Part shown: piece by piece, positions 1-11,005 of the stretch | Layout of the letters: every line of letters begins with the position of its first letter | Numbering within the stretch: the stretch's first letter is position 1 | Notes under the pieces: generated by a model | Databases searched by the model: none | What the model saw: only the letters and a program-made list of their open reading frames with translations | What the model was told of the DNA's origin: nothing | Program-made: the position numbers and the translations under genes | Virus record (IMG/VR): IMGVR_UViG_3300020411_003736 | Location: 66,381 to 130,380 of that record | DNA: 64,000 nt | Direction: 5' to 3' (one strand) | Origin: a virus

Positions 1-188
1 ATGTCATATGTGAAATTATATTTTTTAACATTATCAGCACACCACTCAACAGTGTTGTCCTCATCAGCATCTACAAAAACGAAAATGTCATGATCATCTC
101 TGTAAGCATTCTCTCTTATAGATGGAATACAAGTTTTTAGATACCTTAAATTATTTTTACTCGGTATACAAAATGTTATTTTTTTCAT
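1..188 (-). CDS. Glycosyltransferase family 2, N-terminal part (runs off window start)
   Basis: Manual translation from ATG at 188: MKKITFCIPSKNNLRYLKTCIPSIRENAYRDDHDIFVFVDADEDNT, a typical GT2 N-terminus; not in the ORF track. Confidence 0.7.
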   Translation of the reverse strand, partial: MKKITFCIPSKNNLRYLKTCIPSIRENAYRDDHDIFVFVDADEDNTVEWCADNVKKYNFTYD

Positions 189-855
189 ACATTACCTCTG
201 CTATTTCAAATTGCCATTGATAATCAATATCGAATGCTTCATAACCATTTATTGGATATAAAACTGGATCATTTTTCTTTCTCCAAGAACCACACCACTT
301 TCCTTTACCTATTGATTCCATCAAAGAACCATACAAACAATGAGCTGCCTGATAAGTTGATTCCACTGCTTTCGAATTCAACAAATCCTGCCCCTCTGGC
401 CAATCATTCAACATAATACCTTCTTTATTCCAAAAATATTCTTTCTTATCTATTACAGCAAACATACCATCATAATCTGATTGGATATATGATTCAATAA
501 ATCCTTCAATGGTTTCTTCTTTAAGAAGTGGGTTACATCCAGCTACCATAACCACATACTTAAATGGTAATTTATTATACCACTCAAACATCACATCTAT
601 GCCAGAATCTATATTTGCTGATTCATAACTTCTTTCAAATATATTTATTGGATATTTATTTCCAACATCAATAAGTTCTTTTTCATTAGCCGACAAATAT
701 ATTTGATTATTCGGTATAATGTCAATGTTAACTAATTTCTCTAACACTAAATCAACCAATGTAGTTCCAGCAAAATCTTTAATCATCTTTTTGGGAACTC
801 TTTCAGAATTTAATCTAGATTGAACTATGAATAATATATCTTTAATATCCTTCAA
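157..855 (-). CDS. neuA: CMP-nonulosonate (acylneuraminate) cytidylyltransferase
   Basis: QSRLNSERVPKKMIK N-terminal motif, C-terminal DIDY..F; next to neuB. Confidence 0.85.
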   Translation of the reverse strand: MKDIKDILFIVQSRLNSERVPKKMIKDFAGTTLVDLVLEKLVNIDIIPNNQIYLSANEKELIDVGNKYPINIFERSYESANIDSGIDVMFEWYNKLPFKYVVMVAGCNPLLKEETIEGFIESYIQSDYDGMFAVIDKKEYFWNKEGIMLNDWPEGQDLLNSKAVESTYQAAHCLYGSLMESIGKGKWCGSWRKKNDPVLYPINGYEAFDIDYQWQFEIAEVMYEKNNILYTE

Positions 856-1145
856 ATTTCTTCTATCCTCTTTGTCTTATCACATATTAATAAATCGTAT
901 ACCGGCTTCTCACCAGCTGATAATTCATGATGTTTACAACCCCACTCATCTAATTGTTTTTTGGTAACTTCATACCAATCTATTCCAGTTCCACTACCTC
1001 TCGCAGTCCAATACTTTATATGATGTCCATCATCATACAACTTATTAATTTTATTTATATTCTCATAAATTGGTTCAGCATTACCATAGTCTCCATTATA
1101 ATCACCTGAACATATTGTGTCGTCTATATCAACAAAGATAATCAT
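852..1145 (-). CDS. Small HAD-family phosphatase (capsule biosynthesis type)
   Basis: VDIDDTIC (DxD), WTARG, KP.YDL..DK motifs. Confidence 0.8.
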   Translation of the reverse strand: MIIFVDIDDTICSGDYNGDYGNAEPIYENINKINKLYDDGHHIKYWTARGSGTGIDWYEVTKKQLDEWGCKHHELSAGEKPVYDLLICDKTKRIEEI

Positions 1146-2200
1146 TTGAAATCATCAACCTTTATCAACTCATTTTTACCATAGTTCCTCTGAACTTTCT
1201 TTCCTATAATTCCACCTAACTCTTCCCACTTCATCCCATCTCCAGGACTTATCATATGTACATCACTTTCATCCAAAACATGCCCAATGTGTAAAAGTTT
1301 ATTAGTTGCCAAAGACCTTTCTAATTTATTTGATGCTAACTCCACAGACTCATGTTTAAAAACAATTTTATCACCCAAAGATTTTTCAAATGTTCTGATA
1401 TTGTGTACCAACTCTTTCATTTCATGTGGTTCAGTAGAACCTATTTGATCTGTACCTTTCATTTTCTTATCTAAGGTGACATGCTTTTCAATTATTTTAG
1501 CACCCATAGCCACAGCAGCTAAAGGTATATGCCACCCAATCGAATGGTCTGAATAACCTATGGTGCATCTATCTCCATACTTTTCATATAATCTCTCTAT
1601 CGACAATAAATTTAAATTAGAAAACTCTGCTGGATATTGTGATAAACAATGTAATATACTTATCTCTCTATTTTTATTATCCAATATATCCAAAGCAACA
1701 TCAATCTCATGCTCCCCAACCATACCCGTTGAAAAAATAATATCATTATCCGTCTTACTAATTTCATTCAACAAAGGTATATTGGTTACATCTCTTGAAG
1801 CTATCTTTATCTTATCAATAGTAGTCATATTTGCCAACTCCACTGTTTTTGGCGAACACAATGTATCAACAAAATCAACACCCTTCCCCCGTACATAATC
1901 TGACAGCTCACAATGTTGTTCATAAGTAAACTCCAAAAACTCTCTATGTTCACCATAAGTTTTTCCAAAAGAATTTGGACCCAAATAAGGACTATCCATC
2001 ATCTCTTCAGTCAATTCCTCACCCAAATCTCTCTTTGTCAACTTTATAGCATTTATAGTATTTAACCTATCACCAGTAGTCTCGTCGTATGAATAAACAA
2101 CAAGCTGATCAATTAACTTTTTACATATGTCAATATCCCCATTGTGATTTTGACCTATTTCGGCTATAATATAGGTTTCATTATCATTTTTCACAAACAT
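1142..2200 (-). CDS. neuB: N-acetylneuraminate/KDN(-9-phosphate) synthase
   Basis: IIAEIGQNHNGD, KIAS, LHCLSQYPA, GYSDHS, IEKHVTLD, C-terminal SAF domain. Confidence 0.92.
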   Translation of the reverse strand: MFVKNDNETYIIAEIGQNHNGDIDICKKLIDQLVVYSYDETTGDRLNTINAIKLTKRDLGEELTEEMMDSPYLGPNSFGKTYGEHREFLEFTYEQHCELSDYVRGKGVDFVDTLCSPKTVELANMTTIDKIKIASRDVTNIPLLNEISKTDNDIIFSTGMVGEHEIDVALDILDNKNREISILHCLSQYPAEFSNLNLLSIERLYEKYGDRCTIGYSDHSIGWHIPLAAVAMGAKIIEKHVTLDKKMKGTDQIGSTEPHEMKELVHNIRTFEKSLGDKIVFKHESVELASNKLERSLATNKLLHIGHVLDESDVHMISPGDGMKWEELGGIIGKKVQRNYGKNELIKVDDFK

Positions 2201-2209
2201 ATCATACTC

Positions 2210-3154
2210 CTACTTACTAAAATACTTATCCACTTCTTCATAATATTTTATTACATTATCTATAGATAAATCATTTTTAACTTTTCGCATTATATCTTTA
2301 GCTAAATTCCACTCCTCTTTACCAAAAGTTTTTTTAACCTTTTTTATCATCTCAACAACCTCATCATATTCAGATGTTTCCAACAAATAAGGATAATCAG
2401 GATATGGTTCTGATAATAAATCCCTTATGGTCCAATCATTAGTAGTAATCAATACGGAATCCATAGCTGCTGATGTTGACAACTTTGTAGCTGGTTTCAT
2501 ACAATATTCCCAAGATTTCTTTTTTCTAATACTCAATTGACAACCATTTAACGGACTATCTAAAAAGATTCTACAAACTCCTGGAGGACCACCCTTTCTC
2601 CAATCATCTAAAAAACCTTCTTTCTGTAATTCATTTAAATGTAAACAATTCTGATTTTTGTTACCCTCAGAAGCATCTGTACCTAAAAAGTAAAAGTATG
2701 GTTCGTTATAATACCCCTTCGGAAACCACTCAAATCTCATATCCCAATGGTGTGGTATCACAAAAATTGGTTTACTTTCATCATAATCAACATTATCTCT
2801 CCACCATCTCTTTTGCCTTTTGTTATTTACAATATACCCATCAAAAAAATCTTCTCTGATGTTCGGTAAAAAATTAGGAACTTCTTTATTTTCATTTGGA
2901 TTGAATTTATCCTTATCAGTCAAATCAACGACATCAAAAACTAACTTGTTACCATTATTTTTTAAGTGTGTTAATAAATCAAAATTATTCCACATCAACT
3001 TTATGACAATAATAATTTTATTTTTTACATTAATATTATCACCATAATTTAAAATCAATGGTTCATATTGCCCAGTAAGTTTGTGTGATATTTGACCACC
3101 TCTAAGTCCAGTAGAATCTGATATACCTCCTTGACTAAATAAAAGATTTGACAT
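2210..3154 (-). CDS. Hypothetical protein, possibly divergent glycosyltransferase
   Basis: 314 aa ORF in glycan cluster; LVFDVVD and KPATKL resemble GT-B-like phage proteins. Confidence 0.45.
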   Translation of the reverse strand: MSNLLFSQGGISDSTGLRGGQISHKLTGQYEPLILNYGDNINVKNKIIIVIKLMWNNFDLLTHLKNNGNKLVFDVVDLTDKDKFNPNENKEVPNFLPNIREDFFDGYIVNNKRQKRWWRDNVDYDESKPIFVIPHHWDMRFEWFPKGYYNEPYFYFLGTDASEGNKNQNCLHLNELQKEGFLDDWRKGGPPGVCRIFLDSPLNGCQLSIRKKKSWEYCMKPATKLSTSAAMDSVLITTNDWTIRDLLSEPYPDYPYLLETSEYDEVVEMIKKVKKTFGKEEWNLAKDIMRKVKNDLSIDNVIKYYEEVDKYFSK

Positions 3155-3839
3155 CTAAAACTCCTCTCAACTTATTAGTATCCATCGTAACATTAGCCGG
3201 CATACCAATCCCATCAACAGCTTCTACATCTAACTTAGTTCTCTTAGCTAAATCATACATTGTCTTAACATCTGTACCAACATTATAAACTCCATAAGAA
3301 TCGTTTTCTATCAACCTAACATAAAGTTTACTTATCACAGAAACATAGTCAAAATTACCCTTCTGATTTTTCCAAGCCTTAGGATATATAAATGGTTCTT
3401 CCTTATGTGTTCCTCTGAGCAATAAAAACTTTTTTAACTTCAATTGAATATAAGCATCAGATAATAATTTTGTGTAACCATACCAATTATTACAATGCAC
3501 AGGAACATCACTCTCTGAGGCATTATCAACACTGTGTGTGTATATGTAATCAGTTGATATATGGGTAAGTTTCATATGACAGGCCTTTGTAGAAATATAA
3601 TCAACCAAATCCACCACACCTTTATAATTAACATCCCAATGAACTTCTCTATCATCACTATAGGTATCGGTATTTGCTATACAATTTATAACCTCACTAT
3701 AAGATAATATGTATTCAGAATAAGAATTAAAATCAGTAAAATCGATACCATCTTTTTTTCTACTAATATAGTCCCAACCAGTTAACTCATGTAACTTCGA
3801 ACCCAATATACCATCACCCAATATCAACCTACTCTTCAC
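3135..3839 (-). CDS. RmlD-like dTDP-4-dehydrorhamnose reductase (SDR)
   Basis: LGDGILGS, HISTDYIY, YGYTK catalytic motif. Confidence 0.8.
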   Translation of the reverse strand: MKSRLILGDGILGSKLHELTGWDYISRKKDGIDFTDFNSYSEYILSYSEVINCIANTDTYSDDREVHWDVNYKGVVDLVDYISTKACHMKLTHISTDYIYTHSVDNASESDVPVHCNNWYGYTKLLSDAYIQLKLKKFLLLRGTHKEEPFIYPKAWKNQKGNFDYVSVISKLYVRLIENDSYGVYNVGTDVKTMYDLAKRTKLDVEAVDGIGMPANVTMDTNKLRGVLDVKSFI

Positions 3840-4041
3840 TAAAAACCTCTACACAAAGAACATTAGCATCATTCACCATTACAATTCGACCATCTTTCAA
3901 TTCCAACTTAGTCATTTGACCTTGTTTAATTTTTGAAGTAGAGACACCCTCAAATGTCCTCTTAACTCCACCCACAAAATGAATTATCTGAGTTACATAT
4001 TCGCCTTTTTCTTTCAATGATGATTGTAAATCCTTCATCAA
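3829..4041 (-). CDS. Hypothetical protein
   Basis: 70 aa ORF overlapping both neighbours by a few nt. Confidence 0.6.
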   Translation of the reverse strand: MMKDLQSSLKEKGEYVTQIIHFVGGVKRTFEGVSTSKIKQGQMTKLELKDGRIVMVNDANVLCVEVFSEE

Positions 4042-5318
4042 AATTCCCCTAAAACATTTTTTATAAAAAGAAAAACTTCTTTTGTATAGTGTGGAGCAGC
4101 GCCAATGAAAAATACCTTATTTAATACCTCATTACTTAATGGATAATCACCCCACTCATCTAAGTCGGAATAACCAGGATGTAATAATATATTACCAGCA
4201 AAATAATTTCTGGTTTGTATTTTATTCTTTTCTAAATGACTCACCAATCTATCTTTATACTCTTTATTTTCACAAATAATAGGAGTCCCAAACCACGATG
4301 TTTCAGCATTTGGCAATTCTTTTGGAACTTTTACATCCAATAAAGCCTCTAACATTTCACCTAAAACTTTTTTTGAATGTCTTCTTCTGATATGAATCTC
4401 ATCAACCTTTTTCATCTGAGCTAATCCAATAGCACCCTGAAAATCCAATGGTTTTAAATTATATCCTAAGTTAGTAAAGATATATTTGTGATCCATTATA
4501 CCATCATAATTCGGCAACCAATTATCAAATCTATTACCACAAGTTCCATTAGGTAACAGATTAGCAGGACCCACACAATAGCAATCCCTACCCCACCAAG
4601 CCATACTTCTTGCCGTAGATACAATTCTCTCATCATTACTACAAACCATTCCACCTTCACCTGTAGTTATATGATGTGATGGGAAAAATGAACAGCTCCA
4701 AGCTATACTATAATCCACCAATAATTTATCATCCCACTTAGTTCCAATGCTATCACAACTATCTAATATAATTTCTATATTGTATTTATCACACAAATCC
4801 ATAATCTTTTTCATATCGGGTGGATTACCAAGAACTGGTGATACGAATATAGCTTTTGTCTTATTAGTTATTTTTTGCTCTATCAAATTAACATCAAAAT
4901 TAAGTGTATCAAATTCTATATCAATAAAAACAGGTTTTAAATTATGTTGAACTATCGGTGCTATCGTTGTTGGAAATCCAACAGGTGATACAATAATTTC
5001 GTCACCATCTTCCCACTCTAATACTTTTTTAATCGCACCTATCATCACCAAATTAGCAGAACTACCGCTGTTGACCATCAATCCATATTTCGTATTAAAC
5101 TTTTGTGCAAACTTCTTTTCAAACCTATGTACATATTCACCAGAACTTAACCACTTACCAGTTAAAAATCCCTTTAATGCCATTTTTACTTCCTCATCAT
5201 CCCAATAAGGACCAGAATAAAATACTGGAGTTCTACCTGGTATAAAATCGCTAAAATCATTATGTATAAAATTTGGTTTGATTGTTAAATCATTTATTAT
5301 GTTTTCTATATTCTTCAT
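4038..5318 (-). CDS. rfbH: DegT/RfbH-family CDP-4-keto-6-deoxyglucose 3-dehydrase-like PLP enzyme
   Basis: NSGSSANL, GFPTT, SFFPSHHITTGEGG (His in place of the PLP Lys), WGRDCYC..CGNRF, DHKY. Confidence 0.88.
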   Translation of the reverse strand: MKNIENIINDLTIKPNFIHNDFSDFIPGRTPVFYSGPYWDDEEVKMALKGFLTGKWLSSGEYVHRFEKKFAQKFNTKYGLMVNSGSSANLVMIGAIKKVLEWEDGDEIIVSPVGFPTTIAPIVQHNLKPVFIDIEFDTLNFDVNLIEQKITNKTKAIFVSPVLGNPPDMKKIMDLCDKYNIEIILDSCDSIGTKWDDKLLVDYSIAWSCSFFPSHHITTGEGGMVCSNDERIVSTARSMAWWGRDCYCVGPANLLPNGTCGNRFDNWLPNYDGIMDHKYIFTNLGYNLKPLDFQGAIGLAQMKKVDEIHIRRRHSKKVLGEMLEALLDVKVPKELPNAETSWFGTPIICENKEYKDRLVSHLEKNKIQTRNYFAGNILLHPGYSDLDEWGDYPLSNEVLNKVFFIGAAPHYTKEVFLFIKNVLGEF

Positions 5319-6169
5319 TAATTTAAAATACTCTTTTGTTTATCGGATAACATTTCATACTCATCTGACCGATAATCAATTTCTGTAACTCCTTCCTTAT
5401 TAAAATTGACAAAATCAGGACTTTTTTCCCCAACTATCGTATAAGCGTTTTCCCCCAAATAACAACCAGATAACATACATCTCATTCCCTCATTAACCAT
5501 ACCACCTTTATGTAATCCATGTGTGTTAACAAAATAAATCGTACCAACCGGACCCTCAGCAGTAGCCACATCTTCTTGTGGTGGTTCAAAATAAATAGGC
5601 CACCCTCTACCATAGTTATTACCTATAATATTATCAGTAATTGACGCCCACTTTCCACCAAATTGACTCTTCTTAATATAATTCAAAGCACCATTCGAAG
5701 GACCAATATCATTCAAATAGATAAAGGCTTTAAATATACGAAAATCCTCTCCATCACGATGCCAGGCCTGTGAACCCAACTCCTCTTTAAATGGATTCTG
5801 AGAATGTATGTATGAAAATACATTTCTTAATTTTGGTTGTTCTCTATGAAAATACTCAGCCATATCTATCAATGTATCTGTTAAATATATATTTATTACA
5901 TCACCATCATTAAGATTCAAACCTCTACCCAAAAGTTCATTTTGTGTTATCTCAAACCATTTGTATTTATCTCTTATGGGCGTTCCATTAGCTAATAAAT
6001 TCATTCGTTCAATGATTTGTGGATTCTGTAAATATACATCATTATAAAAATCCACAACATTGTTAAATAAATCCTTTTCCTTTTTGGTAAAAATTTCGGA
6101 TATATGTGATTTAGCAATACCCTCAACCAAAACCTCATCAACTATTTTTTTATGTATATCTTTCAACAA
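5318..6169 (-). CDS. 2OG-Fe(II) dioxygenase (PhyH-like)
   Basis: WHRD, YLNDI...GAL, HGLHKG, distal Arg. Confidence 0.75.
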   Translation of the reverse strand: MLKDIHKKIVDEVLVEGIAKSHISEIFTKKEKDLFNNVVDFYNDVYLQNPQIIERMNLLANGTPIRDKYKWFEITQNELLGRGLNLNDGDVINIYLTDTLIDMAEYFHREQPKLRNVFSYIHSQNPFKEELGSQAWHRDGEDFRIFKAFIYLNDIGPSNGALNYIKKSQFGGKWASITDNIIGNNYGRGWPIYFEPPQEDVATAEGPVGTIYFVNTHGLHKGGMVNEGMRCMLSGCYLGENAYTIVGEKSPDFVNFNKEGVTEIDYRSDEYEMLSDKQKSILN

Positions 6170-6178
6170 AATATTCCC

Positions 6179-7507
6179 CTATGAATGAAAAAAATTCATT
6201 GAATAAGTTAACTTTCTCTGATACACCTCAGGATATCTACTGAATCTTATATGTGAACCTATCTCAGCATTATTCCAATGTGCATATTTTGGACCCTTCA
6301 ACAATCTGTAAAATAATTTAGGATTCAAAGAATAAGAAAAATGATTTCCACGATTATCTGTGTAATCAATCACATCATAACCACTTTCATCACCAAAAAT
6401 TTTCAACAATTTATTATTTGGTAAATCTATATATATGTCTATATCAGTAACAAAGGATAATTCTTTTCTCTTTTTATCATATCTTTTATACGCCTTTGGT
6501 ACTAATTCCATAACATCATATAAAGATACATCATGATCATCATCATAGTCAAGCTTTTCCTTTGACAAAATGTTTTTTATATAATCATATCTCTCTTCAA
6601 CATCATAATGTTGATATTCAGCTGAAACCTCTTCTGTTACTAAATCAAATGATTCCTTCGGATTCAACAAAAAACCACCACTACCATAATGATTGGTAAA
6701 ATATTCCAACGCATCAGGTAGTTCTGGTGTACATTTAAATTTTTCCAGCTCACCCATCGGACCACAAAGAGTATAAGTTCCGGCATATGGCATATAATGT
6801 TTGGGTTTTAATATATCCAAAAATCCCATTCCCCAATCTAAAAATTTTTGTCTTTTAATTTCCCCATACTTATTTATCTTATCATCATCGGAATAATCAA
6901 TCCAACATTGTGGATAAGAACCAGCTCCAGTGTATCCAACCAATAATAAATCTATATCACCAAATTTGCTTTTAACATCTGTAATTGTTTTTTCAGTTAA
7001 TGGAAATTGACAATCATTTATTTGAATTATTTTTTTATCACCAGTAGTTAAAACTGAAAATGTATCTATACCAACTGACTTATCTAATGGTGTCATCTTA
7101 CCACAACCAAAAAATTTAAAACACTCTTTCGGATCACAACCATCAGCAGCATAAACATAAAGTTCAAAACCATCTGATAATTTAAAACTATCTCCATGTT
7201 CCATCTCTATTACATTTTTACCCATTCTTTCCAAATTCATCTTTACAAATTTATTATCCCAATTATGTATCAAAATAGGAATATCATTTGATATCATTTT
7301 AAGAGTCTCTTCATGACAATGGTCTGGGTGTATATGTGAAATATGTATATAATCAACATCATCAAAACTTTTCATATCAATATCCAACTCTGGATAAGAT
7401 GTCCAAGATCCATAATAAGCCTTACCAACTAACCAGGGGTCAAACAATATTTTAGTACCATTGTGTTCAACCATTGTAGCTGTATTATTATAATAATTTA
7501 AGTTCAT
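6179..7507 (-). CDS. Metallo-beta-lactamase-fold protein, CMP-Neu5Ac hydroxylase-like (no Rieske domain)
   Basis: DPWLVG.AYYGSW, HISHIHPDH, INDC, GAGSYP, YMPYAG. Confidence 0.7.
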   Translation of the reverse strand: MNLNYYNNTATMVEHNGTKILFDPWLVGKAYYGSWTSYPELDIDMKSFDDVDYIHISHIHPDHCHEETLKMISNDIPILIHNWDNKFVKMNLERMGKNVIEMEHGDSFKLSDGFELYVYAADGCDPKECFKFFGCGKMTPLDKSVGIDTFSVLTTGDKKIIQINDCQFPLTEKTITDVKSKFGDIDLLLVGYTGAGSYPQCWIDYSDDDKINKYGEIKRQKFLDWGMGFLDILKPKHYMPYAGTYTLCGPMGELEKFKCTPELPDALEYFTNHYGSGGFLLNPKESFDLVTEEVSAEYQHYDVEERYDYIKNILSKEKLDYDDDHDVSLYDVMELVPKAYKRYDKKRKELSFVTDIDIYIDLPNNKLLKIFGDESGYDVIDYTDNRGNHFSYSLNPKLFYRLLKGPKYAHWNNAEIGSHIRFSRYPEVYQRKLTYSMNFFHS

Positions 7508-8726
7508 TTTCCTCTAAGTATGTAACTATGCGATTGGAAGCCATACCATCATTATAATCATCAAATAATTTTAATAATTCTGAGTAATCTTTTTTTGACT
7601 CATCAGTCAAAAATTTCAAATCATAATCATAATTGTATGTACCTTTATTAATTATATCCTTTACTCTCTCATTATCCTTTTTAAATAATTCTATTCTATC
7701 AAAATCAACTAAATTCTTAAATTCATCTATCGTTTCTAATTCATGAACTCTCATCCAAAATTTAGCAGAACCATCTCCCGCCCCAACAGAATCCTCTTCT
7801 AAATAAACATTTACATCATTTCCCCTATCCAAATAAGTACAATGATTATTTATGTTAACTACTTTTTTATTCATAAGTAACGGTGGATACATAACCGAAC
7901 CAATAACTCCTATATGTATATCACATATCGAATACATAGAAAACAAATCAAAATGGTCTCTAATAACATTAACATTCTTCACTCTAAAATCAGGCAGAAA
8001 ATCGTTCATCCACATAGAATTAAATGGTTCACCTGGAAATGGTTTATAATGTATTTGATAATCGTCAGTTATTTTATCAGATAAATTTTCTAGCAATTCA
8101 AATGCTATATTTCTATCCATATTTATCAATCCATAAAATAAAATTTGTTTCTTATTTTTATCTATACCATACTTCTCATAAACTTCATTATTTACACCAC
8201 CCAATATATTATTATCATAACAAGGGTTGCCAACAACTATAGATTTATCGAAACCATCAAAATCAACCAACTTTTTTCTATTCTCCAAACAAAAATCACT
8301 ATGGTCAAAAAATAAATCAATATCACTTTGTGGATATTTTGTTCTTGATATTGCTTCCAATCTAGATTCAATCACATTAGCTATTTGAGTATTAACTTCA
8401 ACTAAAATTATTTTTGTATTAAATTTCTCTTTAAACTCTCTCAATACGCTTTGTTCAGGATCCCACCTTTCTCTATGCACAATCAAATATTGTGGTTTAA
8501 ATGGTAGTGGTATATTAAGCGTATCTGATATCAACTCTCCTTTAAAATCATATTCTGTTCCACTAGAATCATACATATATTTTTCCATTTCACTTTTCGG
8601 ATAAGCTGTGAGATTATTTGGATTATATAAAAAAAATGATTCATGTCCTCTTTTTAATAATTCAACATGTATTGGACTTAAATATGCAATTCCTTTGGAA
8701 TCTGATGAAAATAATAGAATACGCAT
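7488..8726 (-). CDS. GT-B fold protein (UDP-GlcNAc 2-epimerase/glycerophosphotransferase/sialyltransferase-like)
   Basis: VVGNPCYD, YKPFPGE, C-terminal DGMASNRIV. Confidence 0.55.
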   Translation of the reverse strand: MRILLFSSDSKGIAYLSPIHVELLKRGHESFFLYNPNNLTAYPKSEMEKYMYDSSGTEYDFKGELISDTLNIPLPFKPQYLIVHRERWDPEQSVLREFKEKFNTKIILVEVNTQIANVIESRLEAISRTKYPQSDIDLFFDHSDFCLENRKKLVDFDGFDKSIVVGNPCYDNNILGGVNNEVYEKYGIDKNKKQILFYGLINMDRNIAFELLENLSDKITDDYQIHYKPFPGEPFNSMWMNDFLPDFRVKNVNVIRDHFDLFSMYSICDIHIGVIGSVMYPPLLMNKKVVNINNHCTYLDRGNDVNVYLEEDSVGAGDGSAKFWMRVHELETIDEFKNLVDFDRIELFKKDNERVKDIINKGTYNYDYDLKFLTDESKKDYSELLKLFDDYNDGMASNRIVTYLEENELKLL

Positions 8727-8727
8727 A

Positions 8728-9264
8728 TTAAACTTTTACAGCCAACACTCCCAAATTTTTTATGGGTGTTCCCCAATACTGTGGTTCTAACTCTGGATAA
8801 AATTCATCAGTTAAATCATACTGCCATTCTCCAGCGTCAAATGTATAAGCATCAAATCCCAAAGCTTTAAAGTCTTTAGCCAAATCAACATCTGTCCACA
8901 TATTCTGATGTGCCATAAGTGGATTCCAAGCTACATAATCAGCAGGTGGAAATAATGTTTTCTTCATAGACCTAAATGGTAACTTACCATCAATCCATAA
9001 TTTAATCACATATCCACCATCCGTATGTATAACTTTAATACTACCACCTTCTTTTAATTTCCTTTGCATATCCAATAAAAATTGTTTATACTTTGGTATA
9101 GGCACATGTTCCAATGTATGTTCAAGAAAAAATTCATCAACAACACCATCCTCTTCTATGAACCCATCTAAATCTAATATATCATGATTTACATCACAAT
9201 CATCCTCTAAATTCACATGTATATATTCTGTACCTCTTCCTCTACCACCTAAATTATATTTCAT
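8728..9264 (-). CDS. SAM-dependent methyltransferase-like protein
   Basis: YNLGG, EHTLEHV, LKEGG motifs. Confidence 0.65.
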   Translation of the reverse strand: MKYNLGGRGRGTEYIHVNLEDDCDVNHDILDLDGFIEEDGVVDEFFLEHTLEHVPIPKYKQFLLDMQRKLKEGGSIKVIHTDGGYVIKLWIDGKLPFRSMKKTLFPPADYVAWNPLMAHQNMWTDVDLAKDFKALGFDAYTFDAGEWQYDLTDEFYPELEPQYWGTPIKNLGVLAVKV

Positions 9265-10220
9265 GATAATAATCCTATATCATTTTCTACCATTCGACTT
9301 ACCATTTCTTCAAATGATGTTTTTGGTGTCCATCCTAATTCAACTCTGGCTTTCGTTGAATCACCACACAAAACATCCACCTCAGCAGGCCTCATATATC
9401 GTGGATCCTGTTTTACATAGTGACTCCAATCTCCAACACCAACACAATTAAAAGCTGCATCTAAGAAATCTCGTATTGAATGTTCTACTCCAGTCGCAAT
9501 CACATAATCATCTGGCTTATCTTGTTGTAACATCAACCACATACATTCTACATAATCTGGTGAATATCCCCAATCTCTTTTTGAATCTAAATTACCTAAT
9601 GTTATATGATCCTGTAATCCCAAATGGATACGAGCGACACCATCAGTTATTTTACGAGTTACAAATTCTTTACCACGTCTCTCTGATTCATGATTAAATA
9701 AAATACCACTTACATTAAACATATCATAAGACTCTCTGTAGTTCTTTGTCATCCAATGAGCATATAGTTTAGCAACTCCATAAGGTGAACGAGGATAGAA
9801 AGGTGTGTTCTCATTTGCTGGATTCTCTACCATCTTACCAAACATTTCAGATGTTGACGCTTGGTAATATTTCACATCTTTACCATACTCTCTGATTGCC
9901 TCTAGCATTCTTAATGCACCCATTCCACTAACATCGCTTGTTTGCTCTGGTGTGTTCCAACTCTCCCCAACAAATGATTGTGCTCCTAAGTTGTAAACCT
10001 CATGTGGATTTGACTCCCTCAATACTCTGACCAATGAATTCTGATCTGTTAAATCACCATTAACGAAAGTTATCTTACCTTCAAGATGACCTGTATTAGT
10101 TCTATTTTTTGTTGATGAACGCCTCTCCATACCATAGACTTCATATCCCTTTTCCAATAGTAAATCAGCAAGATAACTTCCATCCATACCATTTACACCC
10201 GTAATTAATGCTCTCTTCAT
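9261..10220 (-). CDS. gmd: GDP-mannose 4,6-dehydratase
   Basis: [49 protein letters not shown]. Confidence 0.95.
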   Translation of the reverse strand: MKRALITGVNGMDGSYLADLLLEKGYEVYGMERRSSTKNRTNTGHLEGKITFVNGDLTDQNSLVRVLRESNPHEVYNLGAQSFVGESWNTPEQTSDVSGMGALRMLEAIREYGKDVKYYQASTSEMFGKMVENPANENTPFYPRSPYGVAKLYAHWMTKNYRESYDMFNVSGILFNHESERRGKEFVTRKITDGVARIHLGLQDHITLGNLDSKRDWGYSPDYVECMWLMLQQDKPDDYVIATGVEHSIRDFLDAAFNCVGVGDWSHYVKQDPRYMRPAEVDVLCGDSTKARVELGWTPKTSFEEMVSRMVENDIGLLS

Positions 10221-11005
10221 TATAAAAATCTCCTTGCAATTCTATTAAATGTTGTATCATTACTCATTATCTCTTTAACTGATAAATCCTTTAAGTAAGG
10301 ATCCCAAGATATAGATTCCCACACATGGTGGCAATAAGCACCATCCAATTGTATATCTTGTTCAAACATCAACTTAATACCAACTTGACTAGCAGTAGGT
10401 TCGTTGGAATGATAGAGTGGATAATGAAAACTACTATATGGTTCTATATGTAAAAGTTCTGGATATTGCTTTGATAATATAAATGGCATTTGAACTGCAT
10501 GTTCAGCCCAATATTGGTCTCTACCTTTAGACCTATGTGATTGATAACTCATCAACCAATGTTTAAGAAACTCACTATCCTTTTCTGCCAAAATAACACC
10601 ATCACAAAGCCCCTCAACATTTCCATCAGGTGTACCTTGTATTCCCAAAACACATTTGTTTTCCAACAAATCAGTAAATGGTTTCACCGATATCGTATCA
10701 ACATCCATATAGATACCACCCTCTTCTAAAAGAACTTGTAACCTTATCACACCAGTTTGATGTGCTACATGTAAAAGTGGATTTCCAAAAATCTCTTTTG
10801 GTGGTTCTATCTTTACAAGCTCCAAATCATTTTCTATTTTTTCAAACCATTCACCACTCGGCTTATGTTTATAATAAAGATAAGCTTTCTCTGGCTTATT
10901 TAATTCTATAGCCGATTTGACTGAAAGGTAATGGCACAACTTCCACGGTTTACCACCAAAATCTTCAGACAAACCAAAAACAAAATGCATTTTATTTGGT
11001 ATCAT
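10220..11005 (-). CDS. Glycosyltransferase, DXD/GT32-like
   Basis: [25 protein letters not shown]. Confidence 0.85.
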   Translation of the reverse strand: MIPNKMHFVFGLSEDFGGKPWKLCHYLSVKSAIELNKPEKAYLYYKHKPSGEWFEKIENDLELVKIEPPKEIFGNPLLHVAHQTGVIRLQVLLEEGGIYMDVDTISVKPFTDLLENKCVLGIQGTPDGNVEGLCDGVILAEKDSEFLKHWLMSYQSHRSKGRDQYWAEHAVQMPFILSKQYPELLHIEPYSSFHYPLYHSNEPTASQVGIKLMFEQDIQLDGAYCHHVWESISWDPYLKDLSVKEIMSNDTTFNRIARRFL

